A stretch of DNA of 50,055 nt from IMG/VR virus record IMGVR_UViG_3300037474_000056, positions 1 through 50,055 of that record. The stretch is one strand, 5' to 3'. Position 1 is the stretch's first letter; each line of letters starts with the position of its first letter. Shown here in pieces: positions 1-8,243 of the stretch. A model generated the notes under the pieces. That model was not told where the DNA came from, made no database searches, and saw only the letters and a list, made by a program, of their open reading frames with translations. A program made the translations under genes and the position numbers. The stretch comes from a virus. Lineage: Duplodnaviria; Caudoviricetes.

Positions 1-164
1 GGCCGGCCGGCTTGGGGGGATCCCGCGGGCGGGCCGCCCACCCCTCCACCAAGGAGGCAGCGTGAAGCCCACTATGAACGGCACCGAACTGCTGCTCGCG
101 CTCGGCGCCCAAGCCGAGAAGAGCGCGCGTGACGCGACGATGCGCGGGTTCCTTCTCGGCGCCT
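1..164 (+). repeat. Terminal direct repeat, left copy (circular assembly overlap)
   Basis: Matches 49892-50055, with mismatches only at positions 23, 27, 31 and 38. Confidence 0.95.
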
Positions 165-259
165 CCCTGATCGTGGACAAGGGCATCGAGGACGGCGGGC
201 TGAACATCGCCACCTTGTTCGAGCTCCGCGAGTTCCTCGACCTAGCGCAGGAGCAGTAG
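62..259 (+). CDS. Hypothetical protein
   Basis: AAGGAGG RBS upstream; GTG overlaps the stop of 49627..49956 across the circular junction. Confidence 0.7.
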   Translation: MKPTMNGTELLLALGAQAEKSARDATMRGFLLGASLIVDKGIEDGGLNIATLFELREFLDLAQEQ

Positions 260-703
260 ATGCCGGCGTACACCGTCGTGTCCGTGCAGGATCAGGTCCG
301 GGATTGGAAGACGGGGAAGGGCGTCCCGTGGAAGTCCTACCGGGTCACGCTGCGCAACGAGCACGGAGCCGAGAAGCCCAACGTAGAGGTCTCCCGCCCG
401 GCCACGGAGCCGGCCCCCGCGCCCAACGAGGTCATCGAGGGCACGGTCGAGAACCGTGAGCAGTACGGGCCGAAACTGAACACTCCCCGCCGCGGCGCCG
501 GGGGAGGCGGCGGGTTCCGAAGCAAGCCGCCCGAGGAGCGACGCAGCATCGCGATGCAGCACGCGCAGAAGTGCGCGGTGTCAATCCTCCAGACGAGCGG
601 CGATCCCGCGATGACGGTCGACGGACGCATCAGCGTGGAGTCCGTGATGGAGATCGCCAAGCAGCTTTTCGATCAGGTCCAGAAGGCGGAGGCCGGCCAG
701 TGA
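260..703 (+). CDS. Hypothetical protein, possibly ssDNA-binding
   Basis: Beta-rich N-terminus, Gly-rich linker and C-terminal helix; lies upstream of the resolvase. Function is inferred only. Confidence 0.5.
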   Translation: MPAYTVVSVQDQVRDWKTGKGVPWKSYRVTLRNEHGAEKPNVEVSRPATEPAPAPNEVIEGTVENREQYGPKLNTPRRGAGGGGGFRSKPPEERRSIAMQHAQKCAVSILQTSGDPAMTVDGRISVESVMEIAKQLFDQVQKAEAGQ

Positions 704-1020
704 GCGCTCTGTCGACGCCGCAGCAGATCATGGAACGGCTCGAGCAGATCGACCGTGACCTCGCCGAACGTCAAGCGGAGTTGGAGCAGGCCGCGATGGA
801 CTGGTTCCGGAAGAAGCGCGACCGGGAGCATGACTGGGCGGTCGCGTTCGCCGCGGCGGAAGGCACCGACACCAAGCGTAAGGCTCAGGCCAACCGTGAG
901 TCCTCCCGGATCGGCGCTGAGGAAGAGGGCCGCTGGGAGGGCCTGAAGGCGGTTGTTCGGGTCCTTGAAACCCGGGCCACGATCGGCCAGTCACTACTGA
1001 GGAGCCACGGACGCGCATGA
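700..1020 (+). CDS. Coiled-coil protein, possible recombination mediator
   Basis: GTGA overlap with the previous gene; all-helical charged sequence. Confidence 0.55.
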   Translation: MSALSTPQQIMERLEQIDRDLAERQAELEQAAMDWFRKKRDREHDWAVAFAAAEGTDTKRKAQANRESSRIGAEEEGRWEGLKAVVRVLETRATIGQSLLRSHGRA

Positions 1021-1547
1021 CACTGCAGCGACGCACTCCCCTGCGGGCGCAGCCCCGCGGCAAAGGCAACCGTGGTGAGCGCGCCGTCGTCGACATGCTC
1101 CGCGCCCGCGGCTGGCACGAGGCCCGCCGCAACTGGATGAGCGGGGGGCAGGGCGGCGGCGACATCATCAACGGCCCCGTCGGCGTCCACCTCGAATGCA
1201 AGTGGCACGAGACGTGTCGCGTGTGGGAGTGGATCAAGCAGGCCGAGAACGAGGCTCGGCCGACCGACATCCCGACCGTGGTGCTCCGGCACAACCGGTC
1301 CTCCTGGTGGGCGGTCATGCCCGTCGATGAGTTCGCCGCGCTGGCTGAGCTCACGACGGCGCTGACGAACACGATCGTGTGGCACAAGCGGACCCTGCCC
1401 TTGTGGCGCCTGCTCGATGAGGCCGCCGGCCGCGCTGTCGGGCAGGAGATCCCGGTCGTGAGGTTCTCCCGGCCCGGGTCGCTGGTGTATTCGGCGGCGC
1501 CGGCTGATGTGGTGTTCGATCTTCTGGCTGAGAGGGAGCTGGCCTGA
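1017..1547 (+). CDS. Holliday junction resolvase, Hjc-like PD-(D/E)XK nuclease
   Basis: KGNRGER...GDII...HLECK motif pattern. Confidence 0.8.
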   Translation: MTLQRRTPLRAQPRGKGNRGERAVVDMLRARGWHEARRNWMSGGQGGGDIINGPVGVHLECKWHETCRVWEWIKQAENEARPTDIPTVVLRHNRSSWWAVMPVDEFAALAELTTALTNTIVWHKRTLPLWRLLDEAAGRAVGQEIPVVRFSRPGSLVYSAAPADVVFDLLAERELA

Positions 1548-2419
1548 TGTCGCAGCAGGATCGTGTGTTGGCGGCTCTCTCGCGCGCAGGCGCGCGCGGG
1601 ATCACGCAGGTGGACTTCCTCCTCCCAGACGTAATCGACGGAGGTCCTCCGATCACCCGCCTGCCCGCGCGTATCAAGGAACTTCGCGACGCCGGCCTGC
1701 CGGTCCGCAACGGAGGGATACGCGACAAGTGCCGCGTCTTCCGACTCCTTACTGCCATGTACGCGATCGATGCCGAGACCGGATGCTGGAACTGGGGCGG
1801 CACCCGGAACCCGGTGACCGGCTACGGAATGCTCGACAACGCGTACGCGCACCGGCTGATCTACGAGCACGAAATCGGCCCCATCGGAGTAGATCTAGAA
1901 CTCGACCACCTCTGCCGCAACCGGGCGTGCGTCAACCCCGACCACCTAGAGCCGGTCGCTCATGCCGAGAACGTGCAGCGCGGCGCCGTCGCCAAGCTCG
2001 ACCCCGACGACGTTGAGCTGATCCGGGCGTCCACGGAGTCGACTGAGGACCTCGCTCGGCGATACGGAGTTGCCAGGACCACTATCTGGCGAATCCGCCG
2101 CGGATCAGGATGGGGCGGCGAGCGCGCCGCCGACGTGATCCACAACGCCGAGAAGACGCACTGCAAAAGGGGGCATGAGTTCACCCCCGACAACATCTAC
2201 TCGCCGCCCGGTCGCCCCGAGGTTCGAACGTGCCGCGCATGCCGCACGCTCGCTGGGCGCAAGCGCCGAGACGACAAGCTGCGTGCCAGCGGCCCAGCCG
2301 CGCATGACGGCACCGAGGGGACGGGCAAGCCGGGAGCTTCCCCGTCCCCTGAACCTTCCGGGGTGCTGTTTGAGACCCGCCCCGCGAACCACATGTGGAG
2401 CGCCCGTGACGCTGCGTAG
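1547..2419 (+). CDS. HNH endonuclease fused to an N-terminal winged-HTH domain
   Basis: CWNWGG...AHRLIY...DHLCRNRACVNPDHLE; KTHCKRGH Zn motif; N-terminal ITRLPARIKELR helix. Confidence 0.85.
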   Translation: MSQQDRVLAALSRAGARGITQVDFLLPDVIDGGPPITRLPARIKELRDAGLPVRNGGIRDKCRVFRLLTAMYAIDAETGCWNWGGTRNPVTGYGMLDNAYAHRLIYEHEIGPIGVDLELDHLCRNRACVNPDHLEPVAHAENVQRGAVAKLDPDDVELIRASTESTEDLARRYGVARTTIWRIRRGSGWGGERAADVIHNAEKTHCKRGHEFTPDNIYSPPGRPEVRTCRACRTLAGRKRRDDKLRASGPAAHDGTEGTGKPGASPSPEPSGVLFETRPANHMWSARDAA

Positions 2420-2603
2420 ATGCATGCACTGCTACGGGTCCGGCTGGGACAGCCCGCCCAGGGAGAACCGCCGCAAGTGCCGTGAGTGCGGCGGTGAGGG
2501 GCAGGTCCCGGAGAGTCACGCGTGGGCCGGTTGGGAGCTGTCGCTCGATTTCTGCGCGCACAACCACACGTGCCCCCTCCAGCAGCGGAAGGCGGCGGCG
2601 TAG
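2406..2603 (+). CDS. Small Zn-finger protein (DnaJ-like CxxCxGxG)
   Basis: CMHCYGSG and CRECGGEG. Confidence 0.6.
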   Translation: MTLRRCMHCYGSGWDSPPRENRRKCRECGGEGQVPESHAWAGWELSLDFCAHNHTCPLQQRKAAA

Positions 2604-2947
2604 TGCCCTGGGTGAAGCTCGACGACACGTTCTGGATGAACCCGAAGATCGTCATGGCCGGCGAAGCCGCCGCCGGGGTCTTCGCGCGGATGCTCGCGTA
2701 CTGCGGGTGCTACATGACCGACGGGCTGGTCCCCGCGCCCATGGTCGAGGCGATCACGAAGAACAAGAAGGCCCTGGACGCGCTCGAGGAGAACGGGCTC
2801 ATCACCCGGTACGAGACCGGGACCGTCTACATCCCGAAGTACCTCGAGTACAACCGGTCCAAGCAGGAGCTGGAAGCGGATCGCAAGCAGCGCCGCAACA
2901 ACGGCGCGCGGGGTGGCCGGCCCAGGAAGGTCGAAACCGGGCCGTGA
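2603..2947 (+). CDS. RepA-like replication initiator, N-terminal domain
   Basis: MPWVKLDDTFWMNPKI...TDGLVP...YLEYNRSK, typical of actinophage RepA-like proteins; followed directly by iterons. Confidence 0.75.
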   Translation: MPWVKLDDTFWMNPKIVMAGEAAAGVFARMLAYCGCYMTDGLVPAPMVEAITKNKKALDALEENGLITRYETGTVYIPKYLEYNRSKQELEADRKQRRNNGARGGRPRKVETGP

Positions 2948-3051
2948 ACCGACTCGCCTACCGAACCGCTAACCGACTCGGATACCGACTCGGTTTCTGC
3001 GAGCTAACCGAGTCGGTTAGCGGGCCGGATACCGACTCGGGTACCGAGTCG
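2948..3051. repeat. Iteron array, putative replication origin
   Basis: ACCGA(C/G)TCG-like units at 2948, 2960, 2972, 2984, 3007, 3031 and 3043 (about 12-bp phase); palindrome GCTAACCGA-G-TCGGTTAGC at 3003-3021. Confidence 0.75.
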
Positions 3052-3237
3052 CCTCACGTGCGCGCGATCGCGGCCTGTCCTGTCCTGTCCAGGCCTTTCC
3101 AGACCTGCCCTGTCCCGAGGGCCTTCCACACATGGATGGGATTGAACTTTCAGAACGGCAACGGCCCTTTCTGCTGTGAAAGCGAAGTTGAGGGCTCCGC
3201 GCCCGTCACTGGTCAAGCGAAGGAGGAATCGGCTGCG

Positions 3238-3645
3238 ATGAGTCGGCGCATTCCACGTCGTGGCGTCCGCCACCCGCACGAAGCGGTCAAGCAGGCCCGC
3301 GAGCTCTACGAGGGCGGATGGACTGACGGGCAGATCGTGCGCATCCTCGGCTGCCGCGGCTACGAGGTGACCAAGTCCAGCGTCCGCCGCTGGACCCGCC
3401 CGAAGGCAGCTGAGGCGAGCTTGCGCCACACCCGCAAGCGCGCCCGGGGCCTGTCCGGCCGGCTCGGGTCGGGTCGGCACTCGGTGGAGTATCAGGAGAC
3501 CAGGGTCAGGGCGCTCGCCGCGCAGGGCGTGACGTACCTCAACATCGCCCGGGTGATGGCGTTCGACTACCCGGACAGCACTTGGAATGACGACCGGGTC
3601 CGCAAGATCGTTGGTCCGTCCCGAGCGCGAAAGGTGGCAGCGTGA
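3238..3645 (+). CDS. Tandem HTH DNA-binding protein
   Basis: AAGGAGG RBS; two HTH-like segments. The ORF could extend upstream to the GTG at 2944. Confidence 0.6.
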   Translation: MSRRIPRRGVRHPHEAVKQARELYEGGWTDGQIVRILGCRGYEVTKSSVRRWTRPKAAEASLRHTRKRARGLSGRLGSGRHSVEYQETRVRALAAQGVTYLNIARVMAFDYPDSTWNDDRVRKIVGPSRARKVAA

Positions 3646-4379
3646 GCAACTGCTTCTACGCCGGCCGCCCCGTCCGCCTCCCGGTCCTGTCCGTCCGCTG
3701 GCTCGAGGAGTCCTGCAACGGGCGGACTCGCAGCCCCAGGATCACCGAGCGGGGCTACCGTCGCGGCGTCAAGCCCGGCAACTACGGCAAGAAGTACCCG
3801 CCGGAGCCGCTCACGCCGCAGGAGGTGCTGCGCCTCCTTGACGCGATCCCCAACACGAAGGCGGGTATCCGGAACCGGGCGCTGATCGCGGTGCTGTGGC
3901 GGACTGGTTTGCGGATCGAGTGCGAGGCGCTCCGGCTGCTGCCGCATCACCTGGACTTCGACGCGAAGCGGGTTACGGTGCTCAGGGGCAAGAACGGCAA
4001 GCGCCGGATCGTCGCGCTGGACAGCTTCGCGATCACGCACCTGTCGCCGTGGCTGTGGGAGCGCGCCCGCCTCGGCATCCCGGACACCGCCCCGCTGTTC
4101 TGCTCGGTGTCGCAGCCAAACCCGGGGCGGCCGATGTGGAGCGCCTATGTCCGTGAGGTGATGCACGAGTATGGCCGCCGGGCCGGCATCCCGAAGCGCA
4201 TCCACCCACACGGGTTCCGGCACTCGATGTGCTGCGACCTGATCCGGGAGGGCTTCCCGCTGTCGCACGCCCAGGCCCAGCTGGGCCACTCGAGCATCGC
4301 GACGACGGCGATCTATGCCCGGGGGTTGGGGGCGGATGAGGCGTTCAATGAGATCGCGCAGCGGGAGGTCCCGCGATGA
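3642..4379 (+). CDS. Tyrosine recombinase, catalytic domain only (FimB/FimE-like architecture)
   Basis: TGLRI (R), GKNGK (K), HPHGFRH (HxxR), LGHSS (H), TAIY (Y); no full core-binding domain. Confidence 0.9.
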   Translation: MSNCFYAGRPVRLPVLSVRWLEESCNGRTRSPRITERGYRRGVKPGNYGKKYPPEPLTPQEVLRLLDAIPNTKAGIRNRALIAVLWRTGLRIECEALRLLPHHLDFDAKRVTVLRGKNGKRRIVALDSFAITHLSPWLWERARLGIPDTAPLFCSVSQPNPGRPMWSAYVREVMHEYGRRAGIPKRIHPHGFRHSMCCDLIREGFPLSHAQAQLGHSSIATTAIYARGLGADEAFNEIAQREVPR

Positions 4380-4606
4380 GCGATCTTGTCGGGCCTGGCA
4401 GCCACTTCGAGGGGCACCGACCCCCTGGGAGCACGGGGCGCGTGCAGGCCTCTGAGGTGGCCGCTGAGCGTGACCGGTACATCCGGGCGTTCAACCGGCT
4501 GGAGAAGGCGGTCACGAACCACATCAAGGACCGCTGTATCGACAGCGACGACCTAGAGCACGTTCACCGAGTGGTGCTCCGGGATCTAGCGGAGGGCACG
4601 CGATGA
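4376..4606 (+). CDS. Hypothetical protein
   Basis: ATGA-coupled on both sides. Confidence 0.65.
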   Translation: MSDLVGPGSHFEGHRPPGSTGRVQASEVAAERDRYIRAFNRLEKAVTNHIKDRCIDSDDLEHVHRVVLRDLAEGTR

Positions 4607-5277
4607 GCCAGCTTCGCAACGAACTCGACAGAGGATTCGCGGTGTCCGAACTCGGCCTGTGGGAAAGCACGCTGATCCCCGCCGAGGGCGGCACTGTCAG
4701 CCGCGTCAAGCGGCACGCCGACTACAAGCGCGAGGATCGTGGCTACGACACGCCCTGCTGGATCTGGCAGCGTTACGCCCACACGAGGGGATACGGCTAC
4801 GTGACCCTCGACGGCGTCTCACGGCTCGCTCATCGCGAGTACTTCCGCCGCGCCTACAACGTCGACATCACGGGGATCGACGTGCACCACAAGTGCCACG
4901 TCACGCTGTGCGTCAACCCGGACCACCTCGAGGCCAAGGACCGCGTCAGCCACCTGGCCGACCACAAGCAGGAGGCGTCCACGCTCGAGTGGGAAGACAT
5001 CCGGGCTATCCGTTCCCGGGCGTTCGAGGGCGCCGCGGCGCTCGCCCGGGAGTACGGCGTCACGCACCAGTACATCAGCCTGATCCTCACTAACCAGCGG
5101 TGGGTCGACGCGGCCTACGCGCCGGCGAGCACCGAACTGACGTGCGCCCGTCCTGGCTGCGACCGGACGTTCACGCCGCGCACGGCCATGGCGCGGTTCT
5201 GCGGGACTCGCTGCCGCAATCTGCACAACAACCGTGTCGGCTCGGGCTACTACGAGCGGCGGGGGATTGCCGCATGA
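4603..5277 (+). CDS. HNH endonuclease
   Basis: CWIWQ...LAHR...HHKCHVTLCVNPDHLE; C-terminal HTH and FCGTRC Zn motif. Confidence 0.85.
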   Translation: MSQLRNELDRGFAVSELGLWESTLIPAEGGTVSRVKRHADYKREDRGYDTPCWIWQRYAHTRGYGYVTLDGVSRLAHREYFRRAYNVDITGIDVHHKCHVTLCVNPDHLEAKDRVSHLADHKQEASTLEWEDIRAIRSRAFEGAAALAREYGVTHQYISLILTNQRWVDAAYAPASTELTCARPGCDRTFTPRTAMARFCGTRCRNLHNNRVGSGYYERRGIAA

Positions 5278-5957
5278 GCGAGATCCGCGAAGAACTCACG
5301 CTAGGAATCGCGCCCTACTACGCCGACGATCGCGTGGCGATCTACCACGCTGACAGCCGCGAACTGCTGCCCGTGAAGCCGCTCGAGGCGCTGCTGCTGT
5401 CCGACCCGCCCTACGGCATGGACTACGAACACGGCGCCCGCAAGGGCGGCCGGAAGATGGGCATGGACGGCCACAGCATCGTCGGCGATCAGGAGCCATT
5501 CGACCCGTCGCACCTGCTTGCGTACCCGCGAGCGATCCTTTGGGGCGCCAACCACTACAGCCACCACCTGCCCGCCATGCGCGGCTGGGTGATCTGGGAC
5601 AAGCGCGATGGGACCCCGTCGAACGATCAGAGCGACTGCGAGCTGGCCTGGACCAACATCCTGTCCGTCGCCCGTGTGTTCAGCGCCCGCTGGTCGGGCG
5701 GCCACCGCACCGGCCGGGAGCAGCGCGAGGGGCGCCTGCACGTCAACCAGAAGCCCGTCGCGCTGATGGGCTGGTGCATCCGCCTGGCCGGCGACGACGC
5801 GCTGATCCTCGACCCGTACATGGGCAGCGGGTCCACGCTGGTTGCCGCACGCGAGCTGGGCCGCAAGGCGATCGGGATCGACATCGAGGAGGCGCACTGC
5901 TTCACCGCCGCACAGCGGTTGTCGCAGGGGTGCCTGGACTTCGGGGAGGCGGCGTGA
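5274..5957 (+). CDS. DNA methyltransferase (N6-A/N4-C, beta class)
   Basis: DPPY catalytic motif, HVNQKP, and LDPYMGSGST SAM-binding motif. Confidence 0.9.
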   Translation: MSEIREELTLGIAPYYADDRVAIYHADSRELLPVKPLEALLLSDPPYGMDYEHGARKGGRKMGMDGHSIVGDQEPFDPSHLLAYPRAILWGANHYSHHLPAMRGWVIWDKRDGTPSNDQSDCELAWTNILSVARVFSARWSGGHRTGREQREGRLHVNQKPVALMGWCIRLAGDDALILDPYMGSGSTLVAARELGRKAIGIDIEEAHCFTAAQRLSQGCLDFGEAA

Positions 5958-6328
5958 ATCCTCAGGAGCTTCGGAAGGAGACCAGCGTGACTGACAAGTT
6001 CTTCGGCCGGTCCGGAGCCGACCTCATCGCCGCCGAGCGCCAGCGTCAGATCGATCGGGAAGGCTGGACGGCCGAGCACGACGATCAGTGGGAAGACGGC
6101 GAGCTGCGCAAGGCCGCTCGCGTCTACCTCCAATGGGTTGGCGCCACCTACATCAACCGGGTCGACTCGGAGGGGCGGCGAGCCGTGCCTCCCGGCTGGC
6201 CGTGGGACCGGGAGTGGTGGAAGCCCAGCGAGGATGTCAGGGCGGATCTGGTCAAGGCGGGTGCGCTGATCGCGGCTGAGCTTGACCGTCTCAACCGCCA
6301 GAACTACGGGGGCGGCGCGAATGGGTGA
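5954..6328 (+). CDS. Conserved phage helical protein
   Basis: IAAERQRQIDREGWTAEHDD...WPWD..WWKP...DLVKAGALIAAELDRL, a widespread phage domain of unknown function. Confidence 0.75.
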   Translation: MNPQELRKETSVTDKFFGRSGADLIAAERQRQIDREGWTAEHDDQWEDGELRKAARVYLQWVGATYINRVDSEGRRAVPPGWPWDREWWKPSEDVRADLVKAGALIAAELDRLNRQNYGGGANG

Positions 6329-6572
6329 GACGCTGCCAAGCACGGCCTACGAGTGGCGAGAGCCTGGGCGTGACGGCGACGTCTACCGGTCGCTGGTGTC
6401 CGTGTGGTTCTGGGACCGCGACTGCCCGCACGAGGGCGACGAACCGCGCGTCTGTGTCACCTGCGAGGACCGGGAGTACGACTTCACTGCCTCTAGTGGG
6501 CTGAGCCTGGCGCAGGCGGCTGAGCTTCGCGATGCCCTGTCGAGATGGATCGAACGAGGCGGGCGATCGTAG
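6321..6572 (+). CDS. Hypothetical protein
   Basis: Start overlaps the upstream stop; coupled to the next gene. Confidence 0.6.
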   Translation: MGETLPSTAYEWREPGRDGDVYRSLVSVWFWDRDCPHEGDEPRVCVTCEDREYDFTASSGLSLAQAAELRDALSRWIERGGRS

Positions 6573-6820
6573 TGCTTAGAAGGCGAAGCGATACTCCCGG
6601 CATCCTCGAGCGAGCCTGCGTGTGCGGCCATGACCACACGACGCACCGTGGCGAGGAAGTCCACTACTGCCTGGAGTGCTCCTGCTCCGAGCACATCCCG
6701 CGCTGCCAGAACTGCGGCGAGGAGTCCACGCTGGCGCGGCTCAACAGCCGCTTCGACGTCTGCTCCCGGCGTTGTGCCCTCCAGCTCGAGTACGCCGCGA
6801 CGCGGGAGATTCCAGCGTGA
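6572..6820 (+). CDS. Cys/His-rich Zn-binding protein
   Basis: CVCGH..H...CLECSC and CQNC...CSRRC. Confidence 0.65.
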   Translation: MLRRRSDTPGILERACVCGHDHTTHRGEEVHYCLECSCSEHIPRCQNCGEESTLARLNSRFDVCSRRCALQLEYAATREIPA

Positions 6821-6990
6821 GTCTCCACCGCCTCAGGCTAAGCCTGCCCCGCACCGCCCCTGACGGCCGGCGAGACCTCGACCTAGAGATCCGTGCGTTC
6901 GGCCGGCGCTACCACTCCATCGGACGTCCGATGTGGGTCCTCTACGGCGCCCTGGCGTGGCTGTTCAACCGGCATGGGTGGGATCGCTAG
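6817..6990 (+). CDS. Hypothetical protein
   Basis: GTGA overlap with the previous gene. Confidence 0.55.
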   Translation: MSLHRLRLSLPRTAPDGRRDLDLEIRAFGRRYHSIGRPMWVLYGALAWLFNRHGWDR

Positions 6991-7014
6991 GTGCCCAGCA
7001 AAAGCTCGCGAGCA

Positions 7015-7049
7015 TTGACACACCGGTACCGGTACCGTAATCTACCGGT
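7015..7049 (+). promoter_or_regulatory. Sigma70-type promoter for a leaderless mRNA, with ACCGGT operator repeats
   Basis: TTGACA (7015-20), 17-bp spacer, TAATCT (7038-43), ATG at 7050; ACCGGT repeated in the spacer and at 7044-49. Confidence 0.8.
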
Positions 7050-7322
7050 ATGGACAAGTACTTCGATCGTGATGGCAAGCCCATCACCTACATGCAGTGG
7101 ATGGGCCTCATGTCCGCCGGCAACGGTGTCGCTCGAACCGAGTTCGATGGCGGCTCCGTCTCAACGATCTGGCTCGGCAATGACCACGGCGCCGGCGACG
7201 GTGCGCTTTTCGAGACTGCCGTGTTCTACGACGACATCGACCGGCGCAACGACACCTACCGGTGGAAGACGCTCGCCGAGGCAGAGGTCGGCCATGCCCG
7301 CGTCGTCAAAGAGGTGTCGTGA
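7050..7322 (+). CDS. Hypothetical protein (leaderless)
   Basis: Follows the promoter; GDGALFETAVF...Y...AEAEVGH. Confidence 0.75.
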   Translation: MDKYFDRDGKPITYMQWMGLMSAGNGVARTEFDGGSVSTIWLGNDHGAGDGALFETAVFYDDIDRRNDTYRWKTLAEAEVGHARVVKEVS

Positions 7323-7462
7323 TGCCTCCTGTTCGTATCGAATTCACCGTCCCGCAGGAGACGTACGAGCGCATCGAGGCGGCGCGCGGGTTAGTGCCGC
7401 GCGCCGCGTGGATCAAGGCGCTGATCGACCGCGAACTCAAGGAGCAGACCGACGATGAATGA
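7322..7462 (+). CDS. Ribbon-helix-helix DNA-binding protein
   Basis: VRIEFTVPQETYERIEAARGLVPRAAWIKALIDREL: a beta strand followed by two helices. Confidence 0.75.
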   Translation: MPPVRIEFTVPQETYERIEAARGLVPRAAWIKALIDRELKEQTDDE

Positions 7463-7574
7463 GCACTGCAAGCACTGCGGCAACGGCGGCATGGTCTGCC
7501 TCTTCTTCGACCACATCACCAAGCGCGCGGGCATGTACTGCCGGACCTGTAAGCGGTGGCTGAACGATGCCTGA
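7455..7574 (+). CDS. 39-aa Zn-ribbon protein
   Basis: Read manually: CKHC...CRTC; overlaps both neighbours. Confidence 0.55.
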   Translation: MNEHCKHCGNGGMVCLFFDHITKRAGMYCRTCKRWLNDA

Positions 7575-7740
7575 TTCTCAGTCGCTTCCGGATCGCAGCG
7601 ACGGGACGCTCACGGCTTTGATCGCGGTCGGCTTCGTCGCGCACGGAGCGACCAACCGGGGCGCCTGGAGGGTCGCGTATCACCTCGGCGGCGGCGACCT
7701 GCTGGAGCCGGCGCCGCGACTCATCCTGTCCACCAACTGA
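7567..7740 (+). CDS. Hypothetical protein (57 aa)
   Basis: Read manually; ATGCCTGA coupling to the previous gene. Confidence 0.5.
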   Translation: MPDSQSLPDRSDGTLTALIAVGFVAHGATNRGAWRVAYHLGGGDLLEPAPRLILSTN

Positions 7741-7754
7741 CCGGAGACGACGTA

Positions 7755-8243
7755 ATGGACCTTTCCGAGCGTCCCTGGCAGAGCTGGTACATCTTCGTCT
7801 GCCCGAAATGCTTCGCCCGCGTCAACAGCGGCGAGGAGTCCCCGCCGCTCTGCGGCATGCACTTCCCTGAGGAGGTGCGGACGAAGCTGGTCGAGGTCGT
7901 GCCGAAGCCCACCCGGGGGGCCGTAGACCGCGAGGAGGCGGTCAAGGCGATGCAGCGCGCGATCCTCAGCGAGTTCGGCTGGGGGCTGGCGCTCAGCGGC
8001 AGGGAGACGCGCCTGCGGCGACTCGCCGAGGTTGCGGTGGACGCGCTTCCCCCTGCCCGGGGGGGCGTGTCGCCTGAACTGGTGCGCGATCTTGGCTCCG
8101 CGTGGCGCGCGGACGACGGCGCGGCGATCGCGCTCGCTATCGCACGGCTGGAAAACGCGGCCGGCCTGAGCGAGCAAGGCGACCCGCCACCCACCGCGGG
8201 GGCCTTCACTGCTGTTCTTGACGAGGAGGACGCAGATGGCTAA
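7755..8243 (+). CDS. Hypothetical protein with N-terminal Zn motif
   Basis: GGAG RBS; CPKC...CGMH. Confidence 0.65.
   Translation: MDLSERPWQSWYIFVCPKCFARVNSGEESPPLCGMHFPEEVRTKLVEVVPKPTRGAVDREEAVKAMQRAILSEFGWGLALSGRETRLRRLAEVAVDALPPARGGVSPELVRDLGSAWRADDGAAIALAIARLENAAGLSEQGDPPPTAGAFTAVLDEEDADG

Noticed and set aside
1-40. Four mismatches between the terminal repeat copies as biological variation, or the repeat as a true terminal repeat
   Set aside because: The mismatches cluster at the contig edge and break a GC-rich hairpin that is intact in the right copy, so they are most likely read-end errors in an assembly overlap. A cos-like region exists elsewhere.
2948-3051. Repeats as a CRISPR array
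   Set aside because: The units are about 9-10 bp at a 12-bp phase with no spacers, and there are no cas genes. They fit iterons.
2482-3645. Single 387-aa ORF from the track
   Set aside because: Its first third overlaps the better-supported RepA-like gene. Plausible starts are 2944 or 3238.
4376-4410. A first cassette site directly at the recombinase 3' end (ctt gtc ggg cct ggc agc)
   Set aside because: The frame and spacing fit, but the match to the consensus is too weak to count without a motif score.
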